DNA of 56,602 bases, counting the filler, from an uncultured virus (IMG/VR IMGVR_UViG_2061766007_001428) (taxonomy: Duplodnaviria > Heunggongvirae > Uroviricota > Caudoviricetes). It is 16 parts of one record of this genome, joined end to end, with 100 filler letters (N's around TTAATTAATTAA, not from the genome) between each part and the next. Parts side by side here need not be neighbours in the genome. Positions count along the whole stretch, not along the records: positions 21,054 to 22,130 come from IMGVR_UViG_2061766007_001428; positions 22,231 to 28,431 come from IMGVR_UViG_2061766007_001428; positions 28,532 to 29,555 come from IMGVR_UViG_2061766007_001428; positions 29,656 to 31,839 come from IMGVR_UViG_2061766007_001428; positions 31,940 to 48,254 come from IMGVR_UViG_2061766007_001428; 11 more parts are not named here. One strand, 5' to 3'. A program made the translations under genes and the position numbers. Every line of letters starts with the position of its first letter. The stretch's first letter is position 1. Below the pieces are notes generated by a model that did no database searches, was not told where the DNA came from, and worked only from the letters and a program-made list of their open reading frames with translations. This document shows, in pieces, positions 22,111 to 35,517 of this stretch.

Positions 22111-22242
22111 ACTATTAAGTGGCTTTTTATNNNNNNNNNNNNNNNNNNNNNNNNNNNNNNNNNNNNNNNNNNNNTTAATTAATTAANNNNNNNNNNNNNN
22201 NNNNNNNNNNNNNNNNNNNNNNNNNNNNNNACGGAGATAAAT

Positions 22243-22400
22243 ATGAATGGATTAAATACATTAATGGAAGATTTACATAGTAAATTAATAAAAGATATAA
22301 ATTCGTGTAATCTTCCTGTTGGAATTGTATATTATGTTGCTAAAGATGTTTTTAGAGAAATAGAGTTAGGTTATCAAAAACAACTTTCGATAGAAAAGCA
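22243..22400 (+). CDS. Small hypothetical protein (3' end in gap)
   Basis: GGAG RBS and open frame. Confidence 0.5.
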
Positions 22401-22492
22401 NNNNNNNNNNNNNNNNNNNNNNNNNNNNNNNNNNNNNNNNGCAAAATCAAGAGTAATAAATATATTTCAATAATTCAGAAAGGAGGTAGAAT

Positions 22493-24496
22493 ATGGCGTT
22501 AGTTAAGCCAATTATCAATGAAATAGTTGCATTTGACGCTAATGTTGGTTCATACATAACGTTTTCTGCGAGTGGTGGCGACCAAGTAACCGCTAATGAG
22601 ATTAAAATTGCAATAAATGACTCAGAACAATCTGAAACTATAGTTTATCAAAATAAAACTACGACTTATAATTTATCTCATACCATACCACCTTATATAT
22701 TAAATAATGGTGTATATTATAAAGTTGCAGTAAGAACGTATGATGTATTAAACAATTATAGTGAATGGTCAAGTTATCAACCGTTTTATTGTTATACTAC
22801 CCCTACTATAACGCTAAATATAAGGNNNNNNNNNNNNNNNNNNNNNTAGTTATAATGTAACTGCGATATATCGACAAGCGCAAGGTGAAAGAATAGAATA
22901 TGCTATTATTCAATTATTTAACGAACAAAATGTATTAGTTGAAAGCAGTGGAAATATTTATAATTCTACATCGCCCCCGTTAACATTCAACTACTTTATA
23001 AGTGGTATGAATAATAATGCACGATATACTATTAGTGCAACCGCAGTTACAGTTAATGGTACAGTTGTTACTAGCAAAGCGAATTTTCGTACCGATTATG
23101 GAACAATAACATCTACAGGTGTCTTAAATGCTACAATAGATTCTTGTAATGGTTATGTTAATCTTAAATCAAGNNNNNNNNNNNNNNNNNNNNNNNNNNN
23201 NNNNNNNNNNNNNNNNNNNNNNNNNNNNNNNNNNNNNNNNNNNNNNNNNNNNNNNNNNNNNNNNNNNNNNAGGTTTAATTATTCCAAGTGATTTCTTATT
23301 AAGAGTATGGTTTTATCCTGCAAGACAACCATTTAAAGTTATTGAATTAACAGATGGCGACAATGGAATAGAATCATTAACAATTAGTTTTCAAAAAAGT
23401 TCTACTACAGATTATTTATCTATTAGAACTAATNNNNNNNNNNNNNNNNNNNNNNNNNTTTAGGTACTATTTGTAATGGTAATACTAAAGTATTTTTATG
23501 GTTATGTGTTTCGGGAAGTACGTGGACAGTACAAACTGAAATATTAGATACTTTAGCAACTGTAATAGAATGGAATAATACATCTGCTAATACATTGAAA
23601 TATAATGTAACATCTGATGTTGCTTATGCAGGAGAATCCCGTGGTTCGTTTACACCAAGTTCTTCCGTTTATCACGCATTAACAGATAATTTGTTTACAT
23701 TAAAATTTGGTAATGGTATTTTTGACGAACTTGATATTACAACAGATGTAACACTTCCTTACACTACAGATATACCGAGTTATGATGGTACTACTATAAT
23801 TAGTTTAAGTTTTAAAGGAAATATTGATAACAATGTACCTCATTATGATAAAGCAGTATTAAAACGTAAGGATTCAGAAGCATTTACTTGGATTGATTTA
23901 CAAGAAATATATATTACTGAGCCTAATGTACCTTATTATATTGNNNNNNNNNNNNNNAAACTTATGCTCTTGTAACATATATAGAAGGTGCAGAAAGTGA
24001 ATACTATACTGTAGAAGTAACTCCACAATGGGGAAAAGTTTTTATTTCTGAAAAGGATAAGAGATTTGCTTTAAACTATGCAGTTATTTATAGTAATCAT
24101 AATCAAAATATTCAAAATGGTGTATTAATGCCTATAGGCGCACAATATCCTATTGTAATTCAAAATGCTAATGGTAATTATCGTAGTGGTAGTTTACAAT
24201 TTAAAGTTTTGGGTTATCAATTTGAAATTGATAAGCGTCTTAGCAGACCTAGTATTGTTCAAGAAACGAATGATATTTTGGCGTTCTTAACAAACGGAAA
24301 GGCTAAATGTATTGTAGATTATAATGGCAATATATTTATTGTTAAAGTTATTAATAGCCCTCAAATATCTTATGATGGTAATTGGGGAAATGGTATTACT
24401 ACAATTTCATTTGATTGGGTTGAACAAGCAAAATATAATGATTATGAGAGTATGGCAGAATTAGGATTAATTGACAATTTCTCTGCAACAGAATAG
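22493..24496 (+). CDS. Baseplate / distal tail protein with N-terminal FN3-like domain (split by gaps)
   Basis: YKVAVRTYD...SEWS FN3 motif; C-terminal YPIVIQN.NGNYRSG and FLTNGKAK. Confidence 0.65.
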
Positions 24497-24508
24497 GAGC
24501 GTGATAAT

Positions 24509-25652
24509 ATGGATATAACACAAAGCGAATATAATGTTGCAAAACAAAATGGTCGAATAATTCATACTAAAATAAACGTACTCAATTTTGATTTACAAGT
24601 CGTTAGTGAAATTAGTGGTGTCGTGTTAGAAGGTTCTACCTATAACATTGATGCCACTAGCGATATTAGACGTACTTGTAGTATTTCTCTTGTACCAACA
24701 GACAATAGTTTTAATATTGAATATGGTGGTAAGTTATGGATGGACAAATATGTTCAAGTATTTGTCGGAATTGAAGATGTTAAAAATAATAATGNNNNNN
24801 NNNNNNNNNNNNNNNNNNTCTTGTTAATAACCCTAGTCAAGTTTATGATGCTACTAATAATACTATTACTATTAATGGTATTGATTTAATGGCAAAAATA
24901 ACGGGTATGAGAAACGGATATTTGGAAGGTATTACTTATCAAATACCCGTTTATAGTGGGATAAAACAAGCGATGACCGCATTAATAAATGGAGAATGTG
25001 GATTTCCTAAATATAGTATAGACCAACCTTCGCCCACTATATTAACACCATATGAAATGTCTTTTGGTTTAGGTTCAACTGCTTATAACATTTTATCTCA
25101 ATTAAGAGATATTAACTCTAATTATCAAACATATTTTGACCAAGAAGGTGTATTTTGGTTTAATGCAATCCCTAGTGGAGATGATGAACAAATTAGAGTT
25201 GATGATGATATTTGGAAAAAAGTATTAATCAGTTATAAAAAAAGTACAGACTTTGAAAGTGTAAAGAATTATATTGAAGTTTTTGGTAAAACTCAAGATA
25301 CGGGTTATCAACCATCGGNNNNNNNNNNNNNNNTTATGGTGTAGCGTATGACAACAATCCCGATAGTCCATTTTATGTTGGTGATAATTTTGAAAACAGA
25401 ATTAGAATTGTATTGAGTGGTGGAGAATATGATAATATATTTCCTATTAGAAATCAATACACGGGGCAAATTGAGAGTTTGGAAGATTTTAATTCACTTG
25501 CACAACAAAGGGCTAATTATGAACTTTATACAAGATGTAGACTACAAGACCAAATTGAGTTAACGTGTGTTCCTGTTTATTGGTTAGATGTAAATTGGTT
25601 AGTAAGTATTACATTACCAAATAAACAAGGAAAAGAAGAATTACAAAAATAT
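24509..25652 (+). CDS. Baseplate hub protein, DUF5048-like (split by gaps)
   Basis: IDATSDIRRTCSISL, KNYIEVFG and PVYWLDVN motifs. Confidence 0.65.
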
Positions 25653-25895
25653 NNNNNNNNNNNNNNNNNNNNNNNNNNNNNNNNNNNNNNNNNNNNNNNN
25701 NNNNNNNNNNNNNNNNNNNNNNNNNNNNNNNNNNNNNNNNNNNNNNNNNNNNNNNNNNNNNNNNNNNNNNNNNNNNNNNNNNNNNNNNNNNNNNNNNNNN
25801 NNNNNNNNNNNNNNNNNNNNNNNNNNNNNNNNNNNNNNNNNNNNNNNNNNNNNNNNNNNNNNNNNNNNNNNNNNNNNNNNNNNNNNNNNNNNNNN

Positions 25896-28431
25896 AGTTG
25901 ATGGTCAATTCTTAGTTGAAACAGACCAAGGCGTAGACAATATGATATATATGGATGAAGGGTCTACGAGAACTATAGTCGGTGGTAATACTGTAACAGG
26001 CGTATTGCCCGAATTATATATTTATTCTGAAACAGGTTCAGTTGTAACTGTTGAAGATGCAGGTGGAACATTAATTCCTACTTCACAAATTGGTACAGAC
26101 CATTGGATTTGCGAAGTTCCCGATTATGGTGTTTATACTGTTTATTCGGTATTAAGTGGAGATACAACAACACAATCTATTAATGTTACTGATTGTATGA
26201 TTTATACAATAGATGATTCTCACTTCCATTGTAATGTTGTAGTAACATATCCAAGTGGAGTTGGTGCATCTTGTCAAATTTCGGGTGGTGGAGAAACATA
26301 TTCTGCACCTTCACTTAATCCACCCGATACATCATATAAGTTTGTAGTACACGGTCAGAATACGACTTATACTATTACTACAAATGTTGACGGAGCAACT
26401 AAAACTCAGACAGTAACGACAGGTACAACATTAGACCAAACCTATGAAATTACTATGCCTTATGCGAGAGTTAATCTCACAGTTGAAACACCTCCAATCA
26501 CAGGTAATGTTACTTGTACAGATGGAACAACAACTATTGTAAAAGCCGTTGCTCCAAATATGGTATTTTATTTACCTAATACGGGTACTTGGACATTTAC
26601 GGGTAGTGATGGTGTTGAACCTTATGATACAACAGTAGAAGTAAATGATTTAAGTATTGTATATAATGAAGATTTATCATCTGCGCCCGATGGTGCTACT
26701 GTATTGCCTACTGATGATATTCAAACTTGGCTTCGATGTGCTAAAATTAAGGATAAAACAAGTTATACAACACTTGATGATGTTTTTAATGATAATGAAA
26801 CCTTACAAAAATTAATAAGTAGTAATAATGCTATGAATTATTTAGTAAGGTCTAAATTATTTGCTAAGTATGTAGAAACACCTGTAATGACAGGATATAA
26901 TACTCCTTCGGGTACGGCTTCTGCTTCGGGAGAACATCCAAATACTTATGCTTGGCAACTTTATGAAGATTTAAATGCTAATGATGATGGATGGATAGTA
27001 CAAAGTGGACAAACTAATACTTGGAATGAATATGATTTTGATAATGCTGAATTAATTAAATNNNNNNNNNNNNNNNNNNNNNNNNNNNNNNNNNNNNNNN
27101 NNNATATTACTGCATATGATACAGATACTAATACTTGGGAAAATATAGGTAATTTTGGAACTATAACTCTTGTGGTTAAGCCTAGTAGTCAAAATCCTAG
27201 AGTTTGGGAAGAATATACAATTAGCCTTAATACTACTAAACCTTATGCAAAATATAGAATTAATTTCCCCGAAATAATGCACAATTCGGGAGCAGGAGGA
27301 AGTTATTTAAAACTTAAATATTATTCCGCAGAAGGTATTACCGATGATTCAACCGCTATGCGTCTTATTGGTGAAAAGAATTATGCGTCTAATACATTAC
27401 TTGATGATGCTGATTGGCGTGAAGCGATTTGTGATTCTGAGTATATGGAATCGGTGTTGAATGTTAAAGTTCCTACGTTGTCTGCCGCTAGTAGTTCGTG
27501 TATATCAAGTTCTGTAAGACCGAGCGGTAGTGGACAAAACTTTTATAATTGGTATGCTTTTGACGGAAATACAAGTACGTTTTGGGCTAAAGCCGATGGA
27601 GATACTGAATCTTATATTGGATATGATTTTGGCGAAAACGTTGGTATTGTTTTTGCAACGTTTAGACACAGACCGAGTGGAGCAAATGCGGCAAAAAAAG
27701 TACAAGTTAAAGCAACGAATAACTCTACTTGGGAAAATATATCAAATGTACTTGATACTAATTATTCATCTGATGCACTTAATCAATATATAATGCCTAC
27801 TTACGAAAAACGTGATAAATGGGCGTTATTTGGGTCGGATTTTGTTCAGACAACATATAATTATTGGAACGTTACCGAAGCAATGTTCTATGGTCGTAAA
27901 GATGTAGACGAAACTGTATATAATATTTATTCAGCCGCAGATGATACTATTACTGCAACACCTCAAGGTGGTGGTACGGCAGTAACCATTACTACAAACA
28001 ATGATGGTTATGGCACAATAGCAAAAACAAGTCTGCCTAATGGTACTTATACTTTTGTGTCTAGTAAGGCAGAAAACCCCAATAATCTTGGTGCTAGTGA
28101 TTATTATAGTAAAACTATAACTATATTTAATGGTATGATTGAAGTTGCTTTTATGCCCGATAAAGCGTTGTATTGGTGGGGATGGAGAAGTGATAATGCA
28201 GTTCTTGATATAACTATGGCAGGTCAGAATTTTACATTACCAAATTTCAATACTAATGATGCTGATTTTGTAGGGGCGCAAAATAGTGGAAGATGTCTTA
28301 ATTCAAAGAACAGTTTTACTAATGTTAATAAATTAAAAGCCATAATAAGTAATAATACACAAACTACGGGAAATGCGATAATGTTAGCTGATTCTAAAGA
28401 TATAATAACATCCACTACTAGAGATTATGTT
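25896..28431 (+). CDS. Tail fibre / receptor-binding protein with discoidin-like domains (partial)
   Basis: Thr-rich Ig-like N-terminal repeats and two galactose-binding-like segments (YAFDGNTSTFW; WNEYDF, YIGYDF). Confidence 0.7.
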
Positions 28432-28806
28432 NNNNNNNNNNNNNNNNNNNNNNNNNNNNNNNNNNNNNNNNNNNNTTAATTAATTAANNNNNNNNNNNNN
28501 NNNNNNNNNNNNNNNNNNNNNNNNNNNNNNNGAAATGCCAATATATAGGTAGCACTCTAAAAGAAAGTGAGGGATGTATGGGAAACTTTGGTTATATATT
28601 TGGATATGCTTTATTTGCTTTATTTTCTTTAGGTTGCATTATTGGTTATTTGATAGGATATTACCAACGAAAAAATGAAGAACCACCACATATACAAGTA
28701 TTGGTGGATAAATGGAAAAAAGAACATCAACACGAATATTAAGTCAAGGTCATATGCCTTGGCTTTAATTTTATACAAAAATAANNNNNNNNNNNNNNNN
28801 NNNNNA

Positions 28807-29247
28807 CAAATAAATATACAAACAATAATCCTTTTAGGGGTTGTTGTAATAGGAGTATGGGAGTTTGCAAAAAAGATTATGGAAATGTTAAGTGCATTTG
28901 GAAAACAACACGACAGGGCTAAAAAATGGGATGAAATGTCGGTTAAGATAGATGAAATGTCTAAAGAAACTGACAAGATACGGGAGAAAATAGTCATTGA
29001 ATTTAACCAACGTCTTGACGAAATGAATGAAGATTTTAATGAGCGTATTGATACTATTAATAACAAGATAGACGAAAATCATACCGATACAGAAGCAAAA
29101 ATTCAAGAACTTAATACTCGTATGCTTATTCTTACAAGAAGTGTTAGTGCGGTATTAGACGGATTAAAACAACAAGGATGTAACGGTCAAGTTACTAAGG
29201 CTAAAGAAGAACTTGATGCGTTCTTAATGGAGAGAGCCTATGATTAA
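28807..29247 (+). CDS. Lysis-module membrane protein (one TM helix plus coiled coil; holin-like)
   Basis: IILLGVVVIGVWEF TM segment; LDGLKQQGCNGQVTKA C-terminus. Confidence 0.55.
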   Translation, partial: QINIQTIILLGVVVIGVWEFAKKIMEMLSAFGKQHDRAKKWDEMSVKIDEMSKETDKIREKIVIEFNQRLDEMNEDFNERIDTINNKIDENHTDTEAKIQELNTRMLILTRSVSAVLDGLKQQGCNGQVTKAKEELDAFLMERAYD

Positions 29248-29354
29248 AATAAGAATGGGTGACATTTTCGGTGAATTTGATGATGCCGAAATTATTGAAC
29301 TTATTGAACTCGAAAAAAAGAACGAAAAAGATAATTTTGATAAGGGAAAATTAA

Positions 29355-29555
29355 ATGATTATAAGCAAAATCAAGTCGAAATTTAAGAACATAAGTGCTT
29401 TGGATGTATATGTTACTTTTTCCATATTGTCACTTGTAATTTATACAATAGTATCTCAATTACTTGCTATTAATTTTGGAGTAATATTAGATACTTTAAC
29501 CACTTGTTTCTTTGGATTTTTTGGTGGAGAAATAGTAACGTGTGGTCTTATTAAA
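29355..29555 (+). CDS. Putative holin (partial)
   Basis: Two hydrophobic segments, upstream of the endolysin. Confidence 0.55.
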
Positions 29556-29656
29556 NNNNNNNNNNNNNNNNNNNNNNNNNNNNNNNNNNNNNNNNNNNNT
29601 TAATTAATTAANNNNNNNNNNNNNNNNNNNNNNNNNNNNNNNNNNNNNNNNNNNNT

Positions 29657-30817
29657 AACAGATGAAAAATATTTAACATCTGACAAATATCTTAAACGGG
29701 GAGATATTATTGTTGCAATCGGTTCTCATACAGTAATGGTATTAAGCGATGGTGAATTAGCCGATATATCGCAGAAAGTAAATATGCAACAATTAGAGAT
29801 AAANNNNNNNNNNNNNNNNNNNNNNNNNNNNNNNNNNNNNNNNNNNNNNNNNNCAAGTCAAATTAGCCATATTATTATTCGTATAGGTTATCGTGCTAGT
29901 AGGTCGGGAATTATAACAGAAGATGATTTGTTTAAGAAACATATAGAGAATTGTCTTGCTAATAATATGCACGTAGGCATTTATTTCTATGACCAAAGTA
30001 TTTCAGAAGTAGAAGCCATAGAACAGGCTAATTGGGTTGTAGAAAAGATTAAGCCTTATAAAGTAGAATTGCCTATTTATATTGATTCTGAATATTCAGA
30101 CAGTAAAACACACGGTGGTCGTGCTGACAATATTTCTAAAGAGCAAAGGACTAAGAATATAGTAGCCTTTTGTAATAGAATTAAATTGTTANNNNNNNNN
30201 NNNNNNNNNNNNNNNNNNNNNNNNNNNNNNNNNATTTTAACCAATTAAAAGATTATAATATTTGGTGTGCTAGATATTCAACTACCAAACCCGACATACC
30301 CAAGTATGATATTTGGCAATATGGCTCAGAATACTTTATTTGGAGTCAAAATCCGCTTGATGTGAATTGGATATACAATTTATCCACTAACACACAAAAA
30401 GTCGAAAATGGGGCAAATACGAGCGAAATAAAGCCACTTGAGATTTATAATAAGGTTGTGGTGTCAGATTATTTAAATGTCAGACTCCAACCGTCAACTT
30501 CTGCACCGATAGTTGATAAACTGTATAATAATAATCAAGTACAGATATTTGGCTATGTTCACGATTGGTATATGATAAACACAGATATGAATAAATGGGT
30601 TAGTAGTAAGTATATAACTACCAAAACAGGTAAAACAACGGCTAACCTTAATTATCGTGAAGGTGTTGGTCAAAATAATAAATCACTTGGAATATATGAA
30701 AAAGGAACAGTTGTTCGGTTATTAAACCGTTCTACATCTAATGGAGAACCGTGGTATCTTTGTCTTGATGATAAGGATAGATTCGGTTGGTGTAGCGGTA
30801 AATATATTTCAAATTAA
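29657..30817 (+). CDS. Modular endolysin: peptidase remnant + GH25 muramidase + two SH3b domains (split by gaps)
   Basis: GDII...HTVMVL, IIRIGYR, YIDSE, IWQY, LNVRLQPST and LNYREGVG motifs. Confidence 0.85.
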
Positions 30818-30819
30818 TT

Positions 30820-30859
30820 AAAAAAAAGGGAAAAGATAAAATATATATCTTTTCCCTTT
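30820..30859. terminator. Bidirectional terminator between the convergent arms
   Basis: AAAGGGAAAAGATA...TATCTTTTCCCTTT inverted repeat with an A-tract. Confidence 0.8.
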
Positions 30860-30888
30860 NNNNNNNNNNNNNNNNNNNNNNNNNNNNN

Positions 30889-31361
30889 ATACCTTGATAT
30901 AAACACATAGGAACTAATATATTCTTAAATTCGGGATTTGTTTCAAGCACTTGTTCTTTGATAAGATTCATTACATATCTTGTTTCTTCTGATGCCTGTC
31001 CACATAATCTACGTCTTGCCATAAACATNNNNNNNNNNNNNNNNNNNNNNNNNNNNNNNNNNNNNNNNNNNNNNNNNNNNNNNNNNNNNNNNNNNNNTTG
31101 AGATTGAACAAAGTGTTCTACTCCTATATGGTGACGAACAAAATGAACACTAACCCAATAAGGTATTTCCATCTTAAAAGCAAACCATAATGTTCTGATT
31201 GGACTATGTTCTGCATTTAATATTTTGGCTTTCCATTCATCTGTTGGTAATGTTGTAGAACTTTTACCAATAGTATTTAACGCACATTGTTTACAAAACA
31301 ACCAATCTTCATCTGTAGGATGCTTTATCATTTCAACTTTTATTTTATCTATTTCATTCAT
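30889..31361 (-). CDS. thyX: Flavin-dependent thymidylate synthase (partial)
   Basis: EHSPIR, VHFVRHH...VQSQ, RRLC..A..ETR motifs. Confidence 0.8.
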
Positions 31362-31839
31362 TTGTTGAACCAAAGNNNNNNNNNNNNATTATCATTATCA
31401 ACCTTTAGATATTCCATAAAAATACCTTGAGCAATTTTGTCATCACGCTTTATATGCTGAGTTTCATTTGAAATGTTCTTTAAGAAAATTCCAATATTAC
31501 CATCGTTATCGGGATTCTCATAATAATCACTATCAATAATTCCAATGGTATTGGCTAACATAAACTTGCCACCCATAGAACTACGAACATCAAGCATAAG
31601 AAACTCATTAGGATTCATATAAGCCTTAATATCCGTCCACACCTTAATTATTTCATTTGGTGCTACAACATAATCTTTATTAGCATAAAAATCATATCCT
31701 GCTGAATTAGTTGTACTTCTTGTAGGAGAATGAACATAATCAGACTTTCTCATTTCGGGTTTAACGATTTTAAATCCACGTTTCGGTTTACTGTCAATAT
31801 CATATATTTCAAAAGTAATACCCATAGCAGACAAAATAC
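31354..31839 (-). CDS. dut: Trimeric dUTPase
   Basis: SAGYDF, RSS, GIIDSDY, KIAQGIF, and C-terminal FGST after the gap. Confidence 0.9.
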
Positions 31840-31939
31840 NNNNNNNNNNNNNNNNNNNNNNNNNNNNNNNNNNNNNNNNNNNNTTAATTAATTAANNNNN
31901 NNNNNNNNNNNNNNNNNNNNNNNNNNNNNNNNNNNNNNN

Positions 31940-32231
31940 TATTTGGAACAATCCGACAATATAATGGAGAATATATTTTATTTCCTTTAACTAATATATC
32001 TTTATCAAGACACATTTTTTCGTTAGGAATTTCATAATAATTTTTGTCAAACCATTTTTCAAAATTTTCAAAATACAACCATTCATCACAAACAGAACAA
32101 TTCTTATATGTAGGTCTATCNNNNNNNNNNNNNNNNNNNNNNNNNNNNNNNNNNNNNNNNNNNNNNNNNNNNNTATTATTTCTTGAAGATGTATTTCCTA
32201 AGTGTCCTATACCATACACCATTTTATTCAT
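31940..32231 (-). CDS. HNH-type homing endonuclease (partial)
   Basis: PTYKNCSVCDEW..F.NF and LDKDILVKGNKIYSP..C..VP. Confidence 0.7.
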
Positions 32232-32257
32232 CTCCTTTTACTATTACACCTAGTTCC

Positions 32258-32434
32258 TTAATCATTTTTTTCTGCTCTTATAAATAACTTATAATTATTA
32301 TTTTGATTACATTCCTGTTGTAAATCACTTACTGTATAAATACCATCGGGGCGTTTATATCCATCCCCTCTCAAACATTCACTATATCTAGGACATTTAA
32401 TTGATGCGCATACGCATATATCTTCTATTGCCAT
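32258..32434 (-). CDS. Small Cys-rich hypothetical protein (58 aa)
   Basis: MAIEDICVCASIKCPRYSECLR..., overlapping the deaminase stop. Confidence 0.5.
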   Translation of the reverse strand: MAIEDICVCASIKCPRYSECLRGDGYKRPDGIYTVSDLQQECNQNNNYKLFIRAEKND

Positions 32435-32853
32435 TTTTCGTAATTATATCCTTTCTCACTTGTATAATATATATTTTTTATTCCTCTGTCTTTTAATGCT
32501 TTTTCGCAACTAGGACAGGGGCGACACATTCTTGTCTTATGTCCACTTTCACGATACACAAATAATGAAACTTTTGACCAATCTATATCCATATCCTTAC
32601 TATCTATAAGACATTTCATTTCTGCGTGAATACACGGTGGGTGGTCATTTGCAGAAAAGAATCTGTCCACATCTAAATTTTGTCTATATAAGTTATATTT
32701 ATATTGAACAGGACTCGTTTTCTGCGTATTCCACCCACTTGCAATTATCTTATTTTTATAAACTAAGATTGAGCCAATGTGTATCTTTTTTCTGTTGTAG
32801 TCACTTAATTTTGAAGCATTTTTAGCCAATTTAAAAAATCTGTTAATATTCAT
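32425..32853 (-). CDS. Zn-dependent cytidine/deoxycytidylate deaminase family protein
   Basis: IIASGWN, HAE and PCPSC motifs. Confidence 0.85.
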   Translation of the reverse strand: MNINRFFKLAKNASKLSDYNRKKIHIGSILVYKNKIIASGWNTQKTSPVQYKYNLYRQNLDVDRFFSANDHPPCIHAEMKCLIDSKDMDIDWSKVSLFVYRESGHKTRMCRPCPSCEKALKDRGIKNIYYTSEKGYNYEKWQ

Positions 32854-32859
32854 AGATAT

Positions 32860-32888
32860 ATTATATCACAGATTTGGTTATTTGTCAA
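32860..32888 (-). promoter_or_regulatory. Consensus sigma-A promoter (probably leaderless transcript)
   Basis: TTGACA-17-TATAAT, then 6 nt before the ATG. Confidence 0.85.
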
Positions 32889-33118
32889 GTCTATTCTGAA
32901 TAATCTTCGTCATTAAGTTCTACTAAAAATTGTTGTTCACCATTAATATTATCTGTATCTGTTATAAAGTCAATCCAAGAAGGTAATAATGCAAAATCAT
33001 CTTCTTTTACACGTTCTGCTAAATAGGCGTTCCAAAACAACCAATCTTTACCTGTTACTNNNNNNNNNNNNNNNNNNNNNNNNNNNNGAGTTAACTTGAA
33101 ATATTAACATATCACCAC

Positions 33119-35280
33119 CTACTTATGTTTAACTCTCATTTCAACTTCTTGTTGTTTACCTAGGTTAAATGCACTTTTATAATCTCCCGTTAAATAGCCC
33201 GTTACACGCCTTAATCGTCTTATATTATGGCTANNNNNNNNNNNNNNNNNNNNNNNNNNNNNNNNNNNNNNNNNNATTACACATATCATTAGGAACATTA
33301 ATAGCAAAATATGGTATATCTTTATCCATAGCATAGTTTACTATTGTTTCAAGTGCTTGTAGATTATTTTTAACAGACCCATCTAATTCAACATAAGTAA
33401 TACAACCTGCCGAACTATATCCTGTAAGTTCTGATTCTATATTTATCTTTTCGATAGGTGTCATTTGTTTCCATACGGGTACGTGAATTGAGTTTGTAAN
33501 NNNNNNNNNNNNNNNNNNNNNNNNNNNNNNNNNNNNNNNNNNNNNNNNNNNNNNNNNNNNNNNNAGCAGGAGTATAATATACACCAAAATTAAGATAATA
33601 TGTATAATCAGTAACTTCGCCATTAATTACTAACTCTTTATGATGTAATTCTTTCTTAAATTCGGCACATCTATCTTTGAATAATTGTTCTATTCTCTTT
33701 GCTAATTTCATTCCTTTAGGTTCTGTATGGTCACAACCTATAAGGATTTGTAATGTTTCGGCAAGTCCTAATTGTCCTACGGCAAGTGTACCGTGTTTAA
33801 GTGCAGATATAATACCTTCTTCGGGTACATATCCTGCCATTGTATTATTTTCATACATAAATCTTGCCGCTTCGGGAGATTGAGAACATATCCAATCAAA
33901 ACGCTCAATAAGCATATCTTTAGCATCGTGGATTGCTTCATCTAAAAGTTGCATAAAGAAATCTATTGTATCGTTTTCTAAATCCCCACAAGGTTTATCA
34001 TCATAATAATGAGCCGCCTCCATAGCAAGAGTAGGCATTATAATAGTTACAGGACAAATATTTCCTCTACCATCTTTAAGTTGTCCAAAACCATTTGCAT
34101 CCCAACCNNNNNNNNNNGTTGAAAAATAGGTCTTAGGGTCGTTTATATCATAATTTGCATTACCACTCCAATCAACATTTGCATAGTTAGGATATAACCT
34201 TTGTGCAGTTGATTTAAGTGCTAATTGAAATAAATCATAATTAGGGTCACCCTTATGGCGATTTACGCCTTTCATACATTGAAAAATCCCACAAGGGAAA
34301 ATACTTGTCTTATGAAATTTTCCAACACCTTTAATACTACCCTCAATTAAGGCTCTTGTTACCATACGACCTTCGGGTAATGTACAAGTACCATAGTTAA
34401 TACTTGTAAAGGGTAACTGATTTCCCGAACGAGATTGAAGAGTATTTAAGTTGTGATACATACCTTCAACGGCTTGTTTCAATTCTTTCTCGGTTTTCTT
34501 TAAAGCATATTTNNNNNNNNNNNNNNNNNNNNNNNNNNNNNNNNNNNNNNNNNNNNNNNNNNNNNNNNNNNNNNNNNNNNNNNNNNNNNNNNNNNNNNNN
34601 NNNNNNNNNNNNNNNNNNNNNNNNNNNNNNNNNNNNNNNNNNNNGTTGTAAACTTTGTAATTGAAATATTACCGCAACTAACTGAAATGCAGTATTAACT
34701 GAATTAGCAGGTCTTACATCTGTTTGTCTTGTGTTAAATCCGTTGGCAAGTAAATCATCAAATGGAATACTAAGACAGTTATGACTACCAATGGCGTAAC
34801 TATCAAGGTCGTGTATATAAATAATATTATTTAGATGGTTCTCTTTGGATTTACGACTCATACAGTTATTTAGTGCATATTNNNNNNNNNNNNNNNNNNN
34901 NNNNNNNNNNNNNNNNNNNNNNNNNNNNNNNNNNNNNNNNNNNNNNNNNNNNNNNNNGTTTTCTACATTAGTAGCCTTTAATCGTCTTGTAATTGTTCTG
35001 TTAAGTTTACTGCGCTTATTTCTTTCTAATGTTCTATTATTTCTATACAGAATATAACTCTTTGCAACATCTTTACGGTTAGTTGCCATTAGTTTCTTTT
35101 CAATTATATCCTGTATATCTTCTACATTAAACTCTTTATTTTCGCTTTCTTTCTCAATACTTGTAGCGATTGATTCTATTTTCTNNNNNNNNNNNNNNNN
35201 NNNNNNNNNNNNNNAAGTGCCTTTACAATTTTGTCCTTATTGAATTGAACTATTCTCCCGTCACGCTTAGTAACATTCAT
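33119..35280 (-). CDS. nrdD: Anaerobic (class III) ribonucleotide reductase with ATP cone (split by gaps)
   Basis: KRDGRIV.F ATP cone, HDLD, RSGNQLPFTSINYG, and RRVTGYL glycyl-radical motif. Confidence 0.95.
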
Positions 35281-35308
35281 AGGTAAAACTCCTTAATTAA
35301 AATATATT

Positions 35309-35503
35309 TTACCCTAACCAAACTTCAATCCAATCTTCATCATCAAAAGTCTGAGTTTCCCTAACTTCCATATCCATCATAGACTTGGCTTGGTCGGTTA
35401 ATTGATTTGGGTAATTATAATCCGTCTGTAGTTCATCACCCTCAAACCACAAGAGAATAAGTTTTCTGTCGGGATTATCTCGTATAAACTCTCTAAGTGT
35501 CAT
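35309..35503 (-). CDS. Hypothetical protein
   Basis: AGGAGG RBS before MTLREF. Confidence 0.55.
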   Translation of the reverse strand: MTLREFIRDNPDRKLILLWFEGDELQTDYNYPNQLTDQAKSMMDMEVRETQTFDDEDWIEVWLG

Positions 35504-35517
35504 ATGCCCCTCCTTTC

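Noticed and set aside
33090..33110. Third TTGAAATA hairpin
   Set aside because: The stem is short and lies in the first codons of a minus-strand gene, so it is probably coincidental.
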